IMG/VR virus record: IMGVR_UViG_3300021475_000001
Coordinates: 47,040 to 111,039 of that record
DNA: 64,000 nt
Strand: one strand, 5' to 3'
DNA from: a virus
Below, one piece after another: positions 10,526-19,872 of this stretch; the first letter of the stretch is position 1, and each line of letters starts with the position of its first letter. Position numbers and translations under genes: made by a program. Below the pieces are notes generated by a model. It was not told where the DNA came from and did not search any database. It saw only the letters and a list, made by a program, of their open reading frames with translations.

Positions 10526-10709
10526 GAGTTTCCTCCACTAGTGAACAGTATTTGTCCAGCAATTCAATCAGACACTCGGCGCAGTACTTGCGATTGACGT
10601 TGTTTACCCGCATTAGAAGACCAGATTCTTGTGGTCCATGTCTATTACAACAGTAAGAGCCGGAAGTGCTTGGCTTAGACTCCCACATGCCAAAATCAAA
10701 TTCGGTCAT
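10506..10709 (-). CDS. Small Cys-containing hypothetical protein
   Basis: CxxH...CxxC; packed in operon. Confidence 0.5.
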   Translation of the reverse strand: MTEFDFGMWESKPSTSGSYCCNRHGPQESGLLMRVNNVNRKYCAECLIELLDKYCSLVEETHVRPED

Positions 10710-10866
10710 TTACATCTCCGTAAAGCGCGGGCGATCTTCTTCGCGTGTCGCTTGTCCAGACAGAGTGCCTGAACCTTACCCCGTCGAGATATCACTTGCC
10801 ACGTCTTTTGCATCCCGTTGGTTGGTTCGTAAACAGAACGTGGAAGGAAGACTTTAAAAACGGCTT

Positions 10867-11547
10867 TCATCGTATCACTTCCAATTCCCACTGTTCGATC
10901 ACTGGTAGTAGCGCCGCCCAAGGATTGGCTCGGCGCTTGGCTTCAATCTCTTCCCTGGTGTCAAATTCACCAGCAAACAATTTGCGGGTCAGTTCACGAT
11001 ACTGGTTGCCCATAATCTCCTGATTCATTATACAGATTGTGGGGTCCCAGATAAGTGACAACAGAGCGTTTAACTTATGGGGCCAGTGTACGACACGGGT
11101 GATTGCCGAAACCGGAATGACACCACGATGCGAACAGGTACCAAGATACCGTAGTGAAGCTTCCCACCAAGTGATTAGATCCTTCTGGATTGTTCCAGGG
11201 ATATAATTGTAGCTGAACTGTTTCTTCCGATAGTGAAGAGTGCGTTGCTTCATGTTACCATCTATACCGTCACTGCCTCTGTTAGCCTGTTCCAGAAAGT
11301 CTTCATCGGGAAACAGGTTGTCATCGTCTAGCAGGTCGGTGTCAACTTCGATTACAGCGCAGCGTGCGTCTCCCTGCACAGCATTGAACGCAAAGTAGGG
11401 TGCGTAGCTGTCGGTCAGATAGACGCATTTGGGGTTGCTGTTAACTGTGTGCTTCCAGTTATTTGTGCCCTTTGCACCGCGTGGCTTTATGCCATTTGTG
11501 AGTATGTCACTCAGAAATGCGCCACTGGTGCCGTGATAGAGTTTCAT
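10867..11547 (-). CDS. ADP-ribosyltransferase-fold (HYE/Tpt1-like) protein
   Basis: LYHGTS...ILTNGIKPRG...VYLTD..A..FA...VIEVD. Confidence 0.6.
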   Translation of the reverse strand: MKLYHGTSGAFLSDILTNGIKPRGAKGTNNWKHTVNSNPKCVYLTDSYAPYFAFNAVQGDARCAVIEVDTDLLDDDNLFPDEDFLEQANRGSDGIDGNMKQRTLHYRKKQFSYNYIPGTIQKDLITWWEASLRYLGTCSHRGVIPVSAITRVVHWPHKLNALLSLIWDPTICIMNQEIMGNQYRELTRKLFAGEFDTREEIEAKRRANPWAALLPVIEQWELEVIR

Positions 11548-11939
11548 TACTTCTCAAACCCGTAACCATTGAGGTGAGATATGGCATTATCCAGGTAAAA
11601 TTCGACACCTTCTGCACTTGCACCGACGAGGTGATCAAGCAACCGACGCATGTCACGCATGTCAGACCACTCCCGTTGTTCGCTTGGGAGTTGGTTAATG
11701 GCAACGATGGCGTAGGCAAGAGCCTTTCGCATAATGACGCTATCGCGTCCGGTAATGTTGTTAGTCATTATACTATTCCCTTCTCTAAATCGATCTTGCG
11801 CCATTCGTCGCGCACTACCGGATGAAATACCGAAAAGTTCTCCGGTACTTCTGGTGTCCAGTTGTCACGTGCGTGCTGTCTAAACTGCGCTTCTTCTGTG
11901 GTTGTCAGTTTGCGAAACAGTCTATCGGGCATAGCGCCT

Positions 11940-12194
11940 TCATACTTGTTGGTCATCTAACTTCTCCTTGATCGGTTTTGCGTGGCGAATTAATCTTTTA
12001 ATAACACCCTTGGCTTGCTTTTCGGCTCGATAGTCACTGGGTGACGCACTACAGATCATACTAAATGGATGATCTTGATGTCTGAACTTGCAGCGCATGT
12101 GCGTACCACCTGTGACACTAAAGGCGATGTGGGTCGCCCCTATCGAATCCAAATATCGTCTAAGCCGTCGATGAAAGTCTTTCTCAACTCGCAT
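11940..12194 (-). CDS. HicA-like small protein
   Basis: GGTHMRC and SASPSDYRA motifs. Confidence 0.5.
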   Translation of the reverse strand: MRVEKDFHRRLRRYLDSIGATHIAFSVTGGTHMRCKFRHQDHPFSMICSASPSDYRAEKQAKGVIKRLIRHAKPIKEKLDDQQV

Positions 12195-12255
12195 CTGGAC
12201 TACTCCAACCTTGGAGTACCCAGACTATCATAAATGACTGATAGTGTCAATAGCC

Positions 12256-12729
12256 TTATGCGTGGCGTCTAACCAGAAAATGCATTGTGCCTGATTCCAA
12301 GTAACTTGGAAATGCATTGTCGAGTGCTTCTGGAATTCTTGCGACGTATAACAACATACTGTGAAGTCCAACTTCACTAAATTTGGTGATGTAGTCTGCG
12401 AGTGCGCGCGCAGCAATGACACCAAGCGAGCGTTGCTCGGTAAGTGTCATATTGGGAATGGCATCGGACAGAAGCTCGCGCACGCGGTCAGCTTGTGTCT
12501 CATAGTCGGCAAACGACTTGTTGTTTCTGATACGGAAGTTTGGGGGAATCATGTGACCCATGCCGCGCTCGCGCAGTACGGTTAGAATTCCATCCAGTAG
12601 CCAATCAGCGTTTGTGGTACTGTTGTTGGAACCAATGAAAAACAACAGACGACGGCGTAGGTCCGTCATCTGTTGCTTTGTCATCGATGGTATCTTGGCA
12701 ACGATACCGTCGAATTCGGATTGGTTCAT
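12256..12729 (-). CDS. Hypothetical protein
   Basis: 157-aa ORF in operon. Confidence 0.6.
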   Translation of the reverse strand: MNQSEFDGIVAKIPSMTKQQMTDLRRRLLFFIGSNNSTTNADWLLDGILTVLRERGMGHMIPPNFRIRNNKSFADYETQADRVRELLSDAIPNMTLTEQRSLGVIAARALADYITKFSEVGLHSMLLYVARIPEALDNAFPSYLESGTMHFLVRRHA

Positions 12730-13431
12730 TTAGAATGGTGGTGGAGGACCGTTGTTTGCGGCAGCTTGTGCATACGGGTGCGTCTTGTGGTAGTAATACG
12801 CTTTTAGGAGCACCAACATGAACTTTGCTTGCTGTTCGGATAGATCGCTGATTTTGCCAAAGTCACTTCGATGGGAGAGAACCCAGTCCTTGGCTTTCCA
12901 CTGATCCGCCTGCATGTGTATGTTGTTGGGGCGACGGTCGATGTAGTCCCAATCGGACTCGTATATCTCCATGATATAAGGTCCGTGAGGACAGATATCT
13001 GCCTCTATCGATTGATAGATTTCCCAGGTAAGTGACGCTGGCGGTGGGGGTGGTGGAGGTGAGAACGGGTTTGGTTCCGTTTCGTAAAATTCTGCTTCTG
13101 ACTCAAACCCATTGGGATTGTACTTCTGATACTCCACTTCCAGACGGTTCAGAACTTCTAGCGCGATATGACCAAGTGTCTCACGATATTTCTGAAGGCG
13201 ATTTTGCAGTTCCAGATGACAACGATACACTTCCTGCATCGTGTTCGACTTATCGAGGGTGGCTGTCAGTTGTGAGTTGGTGTAGGCTTCCAATCCAGTG
13301 TTGTTCTTCGTGGTACGGCTGGTCATTGGCTTAGTCCTTTCGGCTTTGGCTTCGGAGGCTTTAGTAGATTGGACAAACCCGGCTTGGCGTAGTCTTTCCT
13401 TTATTTGGTCAATTTGGCTGGTTGGCTTCAT
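12730..13431 (-). CDS. Hypothetical protein
   Basis: 233-aa ORF, first gene downstream of the palindromic intergenic region. Confidence 0.6.
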   Translation of the reverse strand: MKPTSQIDQIKERLRQAGFVQSTKASEAKAERTKPMTSRTTKNNTGLEAYTNSQLTATLDKSNTMQEVYRCHLELQNRLQKYRETLGHIALEVLNRLEVEYQKYNPNGFESEAEFYETEPNPFSPPPPPPPASLTWEIYQSIEADICPHGPYIMEIYESDWDYIDRRPNNIHMQADQWKAKDWVLSHRSDFGKISDLSEQQAKFMLVLLKAYYYHKTHPYAQAAANNGPPPPF

Positions 13432-13446
13432 CGGCTTTACTCACAG

Positions 13447-13531
13447 TTGTCAGTGAGTCACTGACAATCGCGCGCTTGACTTTGACTTGTCAATAGGTCT
13501 GAAAGACGGGGTATAATAATGTCATTGACAT
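13447..13531. promoter_or_regulatory. Divergent promoter region with palindromic operators
   Basis: TTGTCAGTGA-G-TCACTGACAA (13447-13467), ATGTCATTGACAT (13519-13531), TATAAT at 13512. Confidence 0.6.
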
Positions 13532-13586
13532 GATTATATCAGCGAGATATGATGCGTTTCTTGAACCTCTTATAACGGATTAAAAA

Positions 13587-13922
13587 ATGACTGATGATCT
13601 TAACCAAGTTGACATTTTGCATATTGCCGTCAAAAAACATATGCAGGATCGTTGGAGGATTCTTCTCCAAACAATCTCTTCCAGTGACGAAGAATTTGGT
13701 AAATATTTTAAAGTGCCAATTGAAGCCATTGTAGCGCAACTGTTCGGTTTTACACTTGATATACTGAAATTACCACGTGCCAATGCCCATCGTTATATCG
13801 ATTTCATAAAGAACATGCAGGAAGACAATTTTATGACCAAAGACGCGGATGAATTTCGAGCGATGATCATAAAATTAGTTGGTGAAGAACACGCCAAGGT
13901 GAAAGAGCCATATAATAGTTAA
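13587..13922 (+). CDS. Hypothetical protein (lone plus-strand gene)
   Basis: 111-aa AT-rich ORF downstream of TATAAT. Confidence 0.6.
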   Translation: MTDDLNQVDILHIAVKKHMQDRWRILLQTISSSDEEFGKYFKVPIEAIVAQLFGFTLDILKLPRANAHRYIDFIKNMQEDNFMTKDADEFRAMIIKLVGEEHAKVKEPYNS

Positions 13923-14503
13923 CTGGCTCTAACCCTAGGTTCATCATCGTCGTCATTTTGTGGTACTGGCACTAACGCAAATCCATCGGCTAATGGTTGT
14001 ATACTGACAATCGGCATGGTGACAATATGCGGTTGTGACTCATAAGGCGGTCTAGGCAGGGGTAACGTGTCATCCTGCCACCATTGTTTTAACAGTGTGT
14101 AATATCCATCGGGACCATACCAAGTGTCGGTCGCTACGGTAGTTTTAGCGACCGGCACGGTATTAGTGTTGATAGCAAAGCCTGGCGGTTCATCCAACGG
14201 GCAATAAGGCGGCAGATAAGTCAGTGGTTCAGTGTTATCTGGTAGTAGTGCGCGTCTGTAAGCGATGATCAGCTCAAGCTGGACATGACTTAACACTAGC
14301 GCATTTGCTGCGCGTCGATTGTCGATAAAGCGATTGATGATATCGCAGATCACCTCGCGATCCCATGTTTCTAGATCAGTAAATGTTGCCGCAAATATTA
14401 ACTCATTTTTGGCATGATCCAATGCTTCTTCAATTTTCCTTTTTAGAAGAGAAAAAGTTTTATCAATGTGTTTTCTTGTGTCCTGTCGCGTGCTATGTGA
14501 CAC
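13919..14503 (-). CDS. Hypothetical protein
   Basis: 194-aa ORF with AAGGGA-type RBS. Confidence 0.55.
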   Translation of the reverse strand: MSHSTRQDTRKHIDKTFSLLKRKIEEALDHAKNELIFAATFTDLETWDREVICDIINRFIDNRRAANALVLSHVQLELIIAYRRALLPDNTEPLTYLPPYCPLDEPPGFAINTNTVPVAKTTVATDTWYGPDGYYTLLKQWWQDDTLPLPRPPYESQPHIVTMPIVSIQPLADGFALVPVPQNDDDDEPRVRAS

Positions 14504-14538
14504 GCTGTTGATCCCTTTTCCGAGGGTTGATGAAGAAA

Positions 14539-14577
14539 TCGCCCCTGACCGCTGATCCCGGTCAGGGGCGAAGTTTT
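14539..14577. terminator. Intrinsic terminator hairpin
   Basis: 13-bp stem TCGCCCCTGACCG/CGGTCAGGGGCGA with A/T-rich flanks. Confidence 0.75.
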
Positions 14578-14591
14578 GTGTGTGTTACGTG

Positions 14592-15170
14592 TTATTCAGC
14601 CGCATCATCGATGGCGTCTGGCAACAGGGCACGTGGACGTGGACCCTGTTTGTCATCAATCTTTTTCATCACTGCCAGACCAACAGGCTTGGAGATGGCA
14701 TTTTGCTCGATTGCCAGTTCCGCCTTACGCATGACATTTTTTAGTGTTGATGCTGCCCGCTCCCCAATCGATTGGAGATAAACCGGAAGAAACAGGTCGT
14801 GATCATCGTTCTTGATTACGCGCAGTCCCGCTGTTTTGTGATACGCGCGTGGGATAGAACAGGAAACCTCTTCCTCGGTTGGCAGTTCATCGCGTCCGCG
14901 CTGACCAGTATCATAATACGTTGCTGTCACTGGCAGTGACACGATGTTGTAGTTAGCCTGTAAGGCTTCACGGATTTTGTTACACCGCGAATAAACCCCT
15001 TGATACACTTCGCGACCCAGTTCGTCCGTAGGGAGCCATGGATCGATAGTGGGTAGTGGGCGGTTTAGTGCAGAGTGAGCAATTTCGACCAGTGTCGGAT
15101 CACGATTGCCTTGTTCGATGAGACGGTAAGCCCCGCTCACCAATAAGCGCCCGTAACTGTCAAGTAACAT
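14592..15170 (-). CDS. Hypothetical protein downstream of the ParB-like gene
   Basis: 192-aa ORF with GGAAAG RBS. Confidence 0.6.
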   Translation of the reverse strand: MLLDSYGRLLVSGAYRLIEQGNRDPTLVEIAHSALNRPLPTIDPWLPTDELGREVYQGVYSRCNKIREALQANYNIVSLPVTATYYDTGQRGRDELPTEEEVSCSIPRAYHKTAGLRVIKNDDHDLFLPVYLQSIGERAASTLKNVMRKAELAIEQNAISKPVGLAVMKKIDDKQGPRPRALLPDAIDDAAE

Positions 15171-15192
15171 AGACTTTCCTTTCCCTGGTTAT

Positions 15193-16731
15193 TCACGCGT
15201 CCACGTGAATGTCGTTGCCATTTTCGATTGCCGGTTGGTCAATCGTTGTCGGCTCAGTAAAACCGTCGAGAATGCGGAGTGCGCGACGAAGATTTGCTTT
15301 AGCCACCTGGTGATTGACACTCATAACGAGTTCAATACCAGACGGACGCTCACGGCTTAGTGTCTGTAGTTTGTCCGCTGTGACTTGTGCAGCGGAGGCA
15401 AACCGCGCGATATCGCGTTCGGCACGATGCCAACGACTTGACCAGTTCTCGCGTTCCAGTTCTTCAGCAATACGGCGTCTTTCGGCCTCGTCGGCGATAT
15501 GTGACAACATACGTGGTCCAGCTACCATCTCACGTAATGTGTCAGTAATCCAGTCGGACGTAAGCTCGCGCTGTTTCTTGCCGCCGACTATCGTCTGATC
15601 TTTAAAGCGTTGGACAATGGCACGGGCAATACCGGCTTGTGCAGTAACCGGCAGTACTGCTTTAATCGCGTTGCTGGTCACCAACTCACGAAACGTTTCG
15701 AGATGTGAGGGTACGATAAAAACCCGACCACATCCGGTCATGTCAAAAGCCGGTGGCTTTTCCTTTTCCCGTGCTACTACACGTTCCTTACGTTCCGCAG
15801 CGTTGGTCTGATTAGCTTCGACTTTTGGTTTTGCCGCGCGAGCGACTTCCGCCGCACGTTTGGTAGTCTCCGCTGCAACACGTCGTTGTTCAGCTTGGTG
15901 TGCAGCTTCCTGGCGTCTTGTCTCAGCTTCCTCGGCATGCAGACGTGCCGAGGCTTCACGTGCGGCAGCTTCACGGCGTTGTTTCTCTTCTTGTGCAGCC
16001 TGTTTGGCACGTTTGGCAGCTTTAACTTCTTCACGGTGACGTTGAGCTTCCACCGCGCGTTTTTGTGCCTGTTCTTCAGCGGCGATACGGTGTTCTTCTG
16101 CTTCCTTGGCAGCAGCCTCGGCAGCGGCAATACGCTTAAGCTCAACTTCCTGTTCAGCTTCGTATCGTGCGATTTCCTCGCGTTCGATACGGTCATAGTC
16201 ACCACTACTCTTTAGATGGGCGATCTGCGCACGAACAACGTGTTCACCGATTCCGCGCACATCGTGGAGTTTTTCATAGATGGTTTTTGTACCGATACCG
16301 TCCCGACGTTGACCCCCGAGATTCGCACGCGCGATTTCGCGTGTGCGAAGTTCTTCACGCAAGCAACGTCGTAACGCGGCAGCAACGGAACCGGCGGTTG
16401 ATAGTGAAGTTGCGCCACGCTGGGTGGCGTTTTCTACTGCATAGGCGTGAATCACTTGGTCATCATCAAAGTCACCGACAAACAAGTCAGCTTCAGTGAT
16501 GCCGTGTTGAAGCGCCCCCTGACGGCGATGTTCACCCGCAACCATTTGATACTTCGGTAGCTTGGAACCAGAACGCCAATCGGGGTTGAGGCGAACGATG
16601 CATCCACCCCAGAACTTGTGTGACTTAATGGATTTCACCAACTCCGCGACATTGTTCTCGTCAATCGGATCGACAGCAAAGTCACGGTAAGGATTTCTGG
16701 CTAGATTAGCCTCGTCTATTTTAATCAGCAT
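15193..16731 (-). CDS. ParB-like N-terminal domain plus long Ala/Glu/Arg coiled coil
   Basis: NPYRD, VAELVKSIKSHKFW, YQMVAGEHRRQGA, ENATQR; helical AEA/EQA stretch. Confidence 0.75.
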   Translation of the reverse strand: MLIKIDEANLARNPYRDFAVDPIDENNVAELVKSIKSHKFWGGCIVRLNPDWRSGSKLPKYQMVAGEHRRQGALQHGITEADLFVGDFDDDQVIHAYAVENATQRGATSLSTAGSVAAALRRCLREELRTREIARANLGGQRRDGIGTKTIYEKLHDVRGIGEHVVRAQIAHLKSSGDYDRIEREEIARYEAEQEVELKRIAAAEAAAKEAEEHRIAAEEQAQKRAVEAQRHREEVKAAKRAKQAAQEEKQRREAAAREASARLHAEEAETRRQEAAHQAEQRRVAAETTKRAAEVARAAKPKVEANQTNAAERKERVVAREKEKPPAFDMTGCGRVFIVPSHLETFRELVTSNAIKAVLPVTAQAGIARAIVQRFKDQTIVGGKKQRELTSDWITDTLREMVAGPRMLSHIADEAERRRIAEELERENWSSRWHRAERDIARFASAAQVTADKLQTLSRERPSGIELVMSVNHQVAKANLRRALRILDGFTEPTTIDQPAIENGNDIHVDA

Positions 16732-16834
16732 CTGTCATCAAGACCTCTTAAGAGAGGGGCCGCCTCCCCCCGAGGGGAGGGCACCCGACTGTTGTGTCAT
16801 AGCAGAGAAAAAGATGCTGTCAACAGCTAAGTCG

Positions 16835-16950
16835 ATGTCAGTGACATTCCAAATTTTTCAGAGTGTGACACTCAATCATAATACCAAATAGCTGTCAGTG
16901 ACATTTGGAACCTTGACTGCCTGGCTGGGCTGTGCTATGATTATCATAGC
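16835..16950 (+). promoter_or_regulatory. Sigma70-like promoter with operators, upstream of the helicase/array transcription unit
   Basis: TTGACT (16913)-17 nt-TATGAT (16936) with TG extension; TGTCAGTGACA at 16836 and 16893; palindrome GCTATGAT-T-ATCATAGC over the -10. Confidence 0.7.
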
Positions 16951-16971
16951 AAGATCAACTAGGTAAGTACG

Positions 16972-18549
16972 TTGTCACTTGATCCATTTAGACCCGCGAA
17001 TCAAACTATCGAGTTTGTGGACTCGGCAGCCGGTTCGCGCAAGACTTTTACGGCAGTGGAGAAAGCACTGATCGCCGCAAGGCGGCGTGGTGCCAGGATT
17101 ATCTTTGCGATGCCGACACACAAGCTGATCGATGAAATGACCACGCACGCGCGTCTAGATGGTAAGGTGCCGGTCTACGAAATAACCAGCCGCTTAAGCA
17201 ACAATGTTGTCCAACACATTTGCAAACACGTAGAGCGCGTGAAGGATGGACACTTGCTGTTCATCACGCATGAAGGCTTGCTTCGGGTCACAAAGTGGCC
17301 CGATGAAGCCAAGGACTACGAGTTATACATTGACGAAGTTTTGGACACCATTCTTAATCGTGCGCCGTTTAAGCTGCGTGACAATCACTGGGTTTTGACC
17401 CGATTTCTCGATGCAGTGCCAGTGCCAGCCACGATTGCTGAGCGGCAGAAAGCGCAGAATAATAAGGTGGTCAGTCTCAAGGCTTGGAAAGGTAAAAAGG
17501 AAAAAGAAGTCGAACCACTGCCATTTTATTATCATATCATTCCCAAGTACAACGTCAAAACAAAAGACCCATTGTACTGGTTGAAGCGACATGAATATGC
17601 CAAACAGCAAGACGATATCTACACGTATCTGGACCCGATAGCCAAGTGGTTATTGCAAGGCAATGCTTTGTTCACCGATGCCAATCAGTGGAACTTAGCG
17701 CAAGCCACCGATCCGGAAGCGTACAAGAGTCATCTGCGTGGGTTGATTACCATCACCGGGTTTCGACGGCCGGACTCTCTGAAGGCGTTTAAGAGTGTCA
17801 CCGTGATGTCCGCGTTGTTTAAGTACACCATGCTGTATCAGGTGTGGCAGCAACTCGGTGTCGAGTTTGTGCCGTCACAGACGGTGACAGTCAATCAGCC
17901 CACCACTGATCTTGGTAAGCGTAAGCTCAAGATATACTGGCTGTCGAACGAAGGATGGTCAAAGCGCACGCGTGATCGTTCCGGAGGAATTACCAACATA
18001 CTAAACTTGATCAAAGAGTCCAACATCCTTAATCCGCGACAGCCGGTTTGTGTGGTCGTGAACAAGGATGATGGTTCAGAGACAAATCCTGGAACTGTCA
18101 CCGCAGTGTTTCCTAAAGCCGTTGTAATGCCAAATAACGTGCGCGGGCAAAATCGTTGGCGTCATTATCATCAACTGATACACTGCGCTGCACTGAACTC
18201 ATACACAAGTGACATACGCTGGATGGAGAGTGTTTTGGGTATCGACAGTCACTACCAGCGTCTTGGGCGCACGGGTCATGAAGTGTATCAGGCATTGATG
18301 AGACTGAACCTGCGTGATCCAAATGGTAAGGGTGATATCATACTGGTAGTTGTGGACAAGGACATTGCAGAGTGGTTGCCGCAGTGGTTTAGTCCAAGTC
18401 ATCAAGTGTCGGTGGAGGAGATTGACTCCAACGGTGTTATCAAGAAGAAGAAATCACAGAATGGACGACCGCCAATTGGAGAAAAGCGAATGACCGCTGC
18501 GGAACAAAAACGTCTCTGGCGTTTGAATCATCCTAAGACGAGTGTCTGA
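16972..18549 (+). CDS. SF2-like helicase/P-loop NTPase
   Basis: AAGSRKT (Walker A-like), LYIDEV (Walker B), VYQALMRLNLR (motif VI-like), basic C-terminus GRPPIG..MTAAEQKRLWR. Confidence 0.7.
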   Translation: MSLDPFRPANQTIEFVDSAAGSRKTFTAVEKALIAARRRGARIIFAMPTHKLIDEMTTHARLDGKVPVYEITSRLSNNVVQHICKHVERVKDGHLLFITHEGLLRVTKWPDEAKDYELYIDEVLDTILNRAPFKLRDNHWVLTRFLDAVPVPATIAERQKAQNNKVVSLKAWKGKKEKEVEPLPFYYHIIPKYNVKTKDPLYWLKRHEYAKQQDDIYTYLDPIAKWLLQGNALFTDANQWNLAQATDPEAYKSHLRGLITITGFRRPDSLKAFKSVTVMSALFKYTMLYQVWQQLGVEFVPSQTVTVNQPTTDLGKRKLKIYWLSNEGWSKRTRDRSGGITNILNLIKESNILNPRQPVCVVVNKDDGSETNPGTVTAVFPKAVVMPNNVRGQNRWRHYHQLIHCAALNSYTSDIRWMESVLGIDSHYQRLGRTGHEVYQALMRLNLRDPNGKGDIILVVVDKDIAEWLPQWFSPSHQVSVEEIDSNGVIKKKKSQNGRPPIGEKRMTAAEQKRLWRLNHPKTSV

Positions 18550-18606
18550 TAACTCTCTGATTTATACTTATCAGACAATTCAATGATTTCAATAGCTTAG
18601 TGTTTG

Positions 18607-18763
18607 GAATGTAACCAGACCACATGAGAAGTACCACATAATCGGAGTGAACCATCAGAAATGAGAGTACCAAGAATTATGCGTGAGTCATTGATCGGGA
18701 GTAGTACCAGGTTAGAAGAACGAACCACGAATACTGAGAGTACCATGTAGCGAGAGTTAGTTA
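18607..18763 (+). repeat. Dual-repeat 36-nt array segment 1a (TIGR-like), 4 units
   Basis: Alternating GAG(A/TA/AA)GTACCA and G(A/C)GTGAACCA-like repeats; 8-nt spacers GACCACAT, CATAATCG, TCAGAAAT, AGAATTAT, TTGATCGG, GGTTAGAA, CGAATACT, TGTAGCGA. Confidence 0.9.
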
Positions 18764-18777
18764 CGAAAGGGTGTCGA

Positions 18778-18900
18778 GTGAACAAAAAGCAGCAGAAGAA
18801 GATCAAGAAATTATGGAAAAAGCTCTCGACTAAGCAACGGTATCGGATACTGACCTATTGTTATCTGGTACGTGAAGAAATCAAAAGCCAAAAGGGCTGA
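18778..18900 (+). CDS. 40-aa basic peptide between array segments
   Basis: MNKKQQKKIKKLWKKLSTKQRYRILTYCYLVREEIKSQKG; GTG start inside a GAGTGAAC repeat, GAAAGGG upstream. Confidence 0.5.
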   Translation: MNKKQQKKIKKLWKKLSTKQRYRILTYCYLVREEIKSQKG

Positions 18901-19035
18901 GAATCCCACGATAGGTGAGTTAACCACCTGGCTTGAGAGTACCAGGATAGTAGAGTGAACCATAAGGTGAGAGAGTACCATCTTGGAAGAGTGAACCATG
19001 GGTATAGAGAGTACCAGTAGGAGAGCGTGAATGCA
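18884..19035 (+). repeat. Dual-repeat array segment 1b, 4 units
   Basis: Spacers AAAGGGCT, CGATAGGT, CCTGGCTT, GGATAGTA, TAAGGTGA, TCTTGGAA, TGGGTATA, GTAGGAGA at an exact 18-nt half-period. Confidence 0.92.
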
Positions 19036-19195
19036 CGAACTGGAACATGAGATGGTGAAGCTGGCGACACGTTTGGAACGAGGCACCATTACTGCCAAAC
19101 AGGCGGCTGCCAAGTTACTGGCACTGGCGACACTATCACACTATGAGTACATACCTGACCCCGAGCTTCGCGAGGATCAGAAGCTACCACGGTAA
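19031..19195 (+). CDS. 54-aa peptide between array segments
   Basis: MHELEHEMVKLATRLERGTITAKQAAAKLLALATLSHYEYIPDPELREDQKLPR; AGGAG RBS lies in the last spacer. Confidence 0.55.
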   Translation: MHELEHEMVKLATRLERGTITAKQAAAKLLALATLSHYEYIPDPELREDQKLPR

Positions 19196-19243
19196 CCAGG
19201 AGGGTTGAGTAGTACCATAGCGGTAGAGTGAACCACGTGGAGT
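19191..19243 (+). repeat. Dual-repeat array segment 1c, ~1.5 units
   Basis: TAACCA-GGAGGGTT-GAGTAGTACCA-TAGCGGTA-GAGTGAACCA-CGTGGAGT. Confidence 0.85.
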
Positions 19244-19251
19244 GAATTAAG

Positions 19252-19548
19252 ATGGCAAAGCACACAGCCACCGTGCATAAACTGTCACATGTCCGACGTG
19301 ATCGTGGGTACCGATTTACGGAACGTGACCCCGACATGGTGTGGTTGTGTGGTATCATCTCCAATTCCGAGATGTCGGTGCAAGATATTGTTGAGTCAGT
19401 GTCTAGTACCACAAAGGGTTTAATTCGAGTGTCACCTAATACCATTTACAACTGGCTCAATGGTAAGACCAAGAAACCACAAAACTACACGCTAACGTGG
19501 GTGGGTCATGCTCTAGGTTACGAACGTGGCTGGAAGGTGATAAAGTAA
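19252..19548 (+). CDS. XRE/Cro-like HTH protein
   Basis: VSPNTIYNWLNGKTKKPQNYTL..V..ALG. Confidence 0.7.
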   Translation: MAKHTATVHKLSHVRRDRGYRFTERDPDMVWLCGIISNSEMSVQDIVESVSSTTKGLIRVSPNTIYNWLNGKTKKPQNYTLTWVGHALGYERGWKVIK

Positions 19549-19736
19549 TGGACCGACTTGCCATGGCAAATGCCTTTGCCTATTATGTGCGTGACAAGTC
19601 CGAGAACCAGGACATAAATTTAGCGGTGATGTCTGGTATTATGGAAGGATACTTTCTCTTTGATCCCTTTACCGAGACACTGACGATGACAGAGAGACTG
19701 ATCAACATTTTACTCCCGGACCTTCCCAAGCAGTGA
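19548..19736 (+). CDS. Hypothetical protein
   Basis: TAATG-coupled start MDRLAMANAF. Confidence 0.5.
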   Translation: MDRLAMANAFAYYVRDKSENQDINLAVMSGIMEGYFLFDPFTETLTMTERLINILLPDLPKQ

Positions 19737-19828
19737 AGGGAGGTGATGCCACTTGGTAGACGAACATCCGGAGGATTTGATACTTAGTTGTGGAGGGAGG
19801 TGATGCCTTTGACCTGAGTCACTTTGTG

Positions 19829-19872
19829 ACCCCCGTCACTGCATTCCCCTCCAGGAAGTGGCGGGGGTTTTT
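19829..19872 (+). terminator. Intrinsic terminator-like hairpin
   Basis: ACCCCCGTCACT/AGTGGCGGGGGT stem followed by TTTT. Confidence 0.6.
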
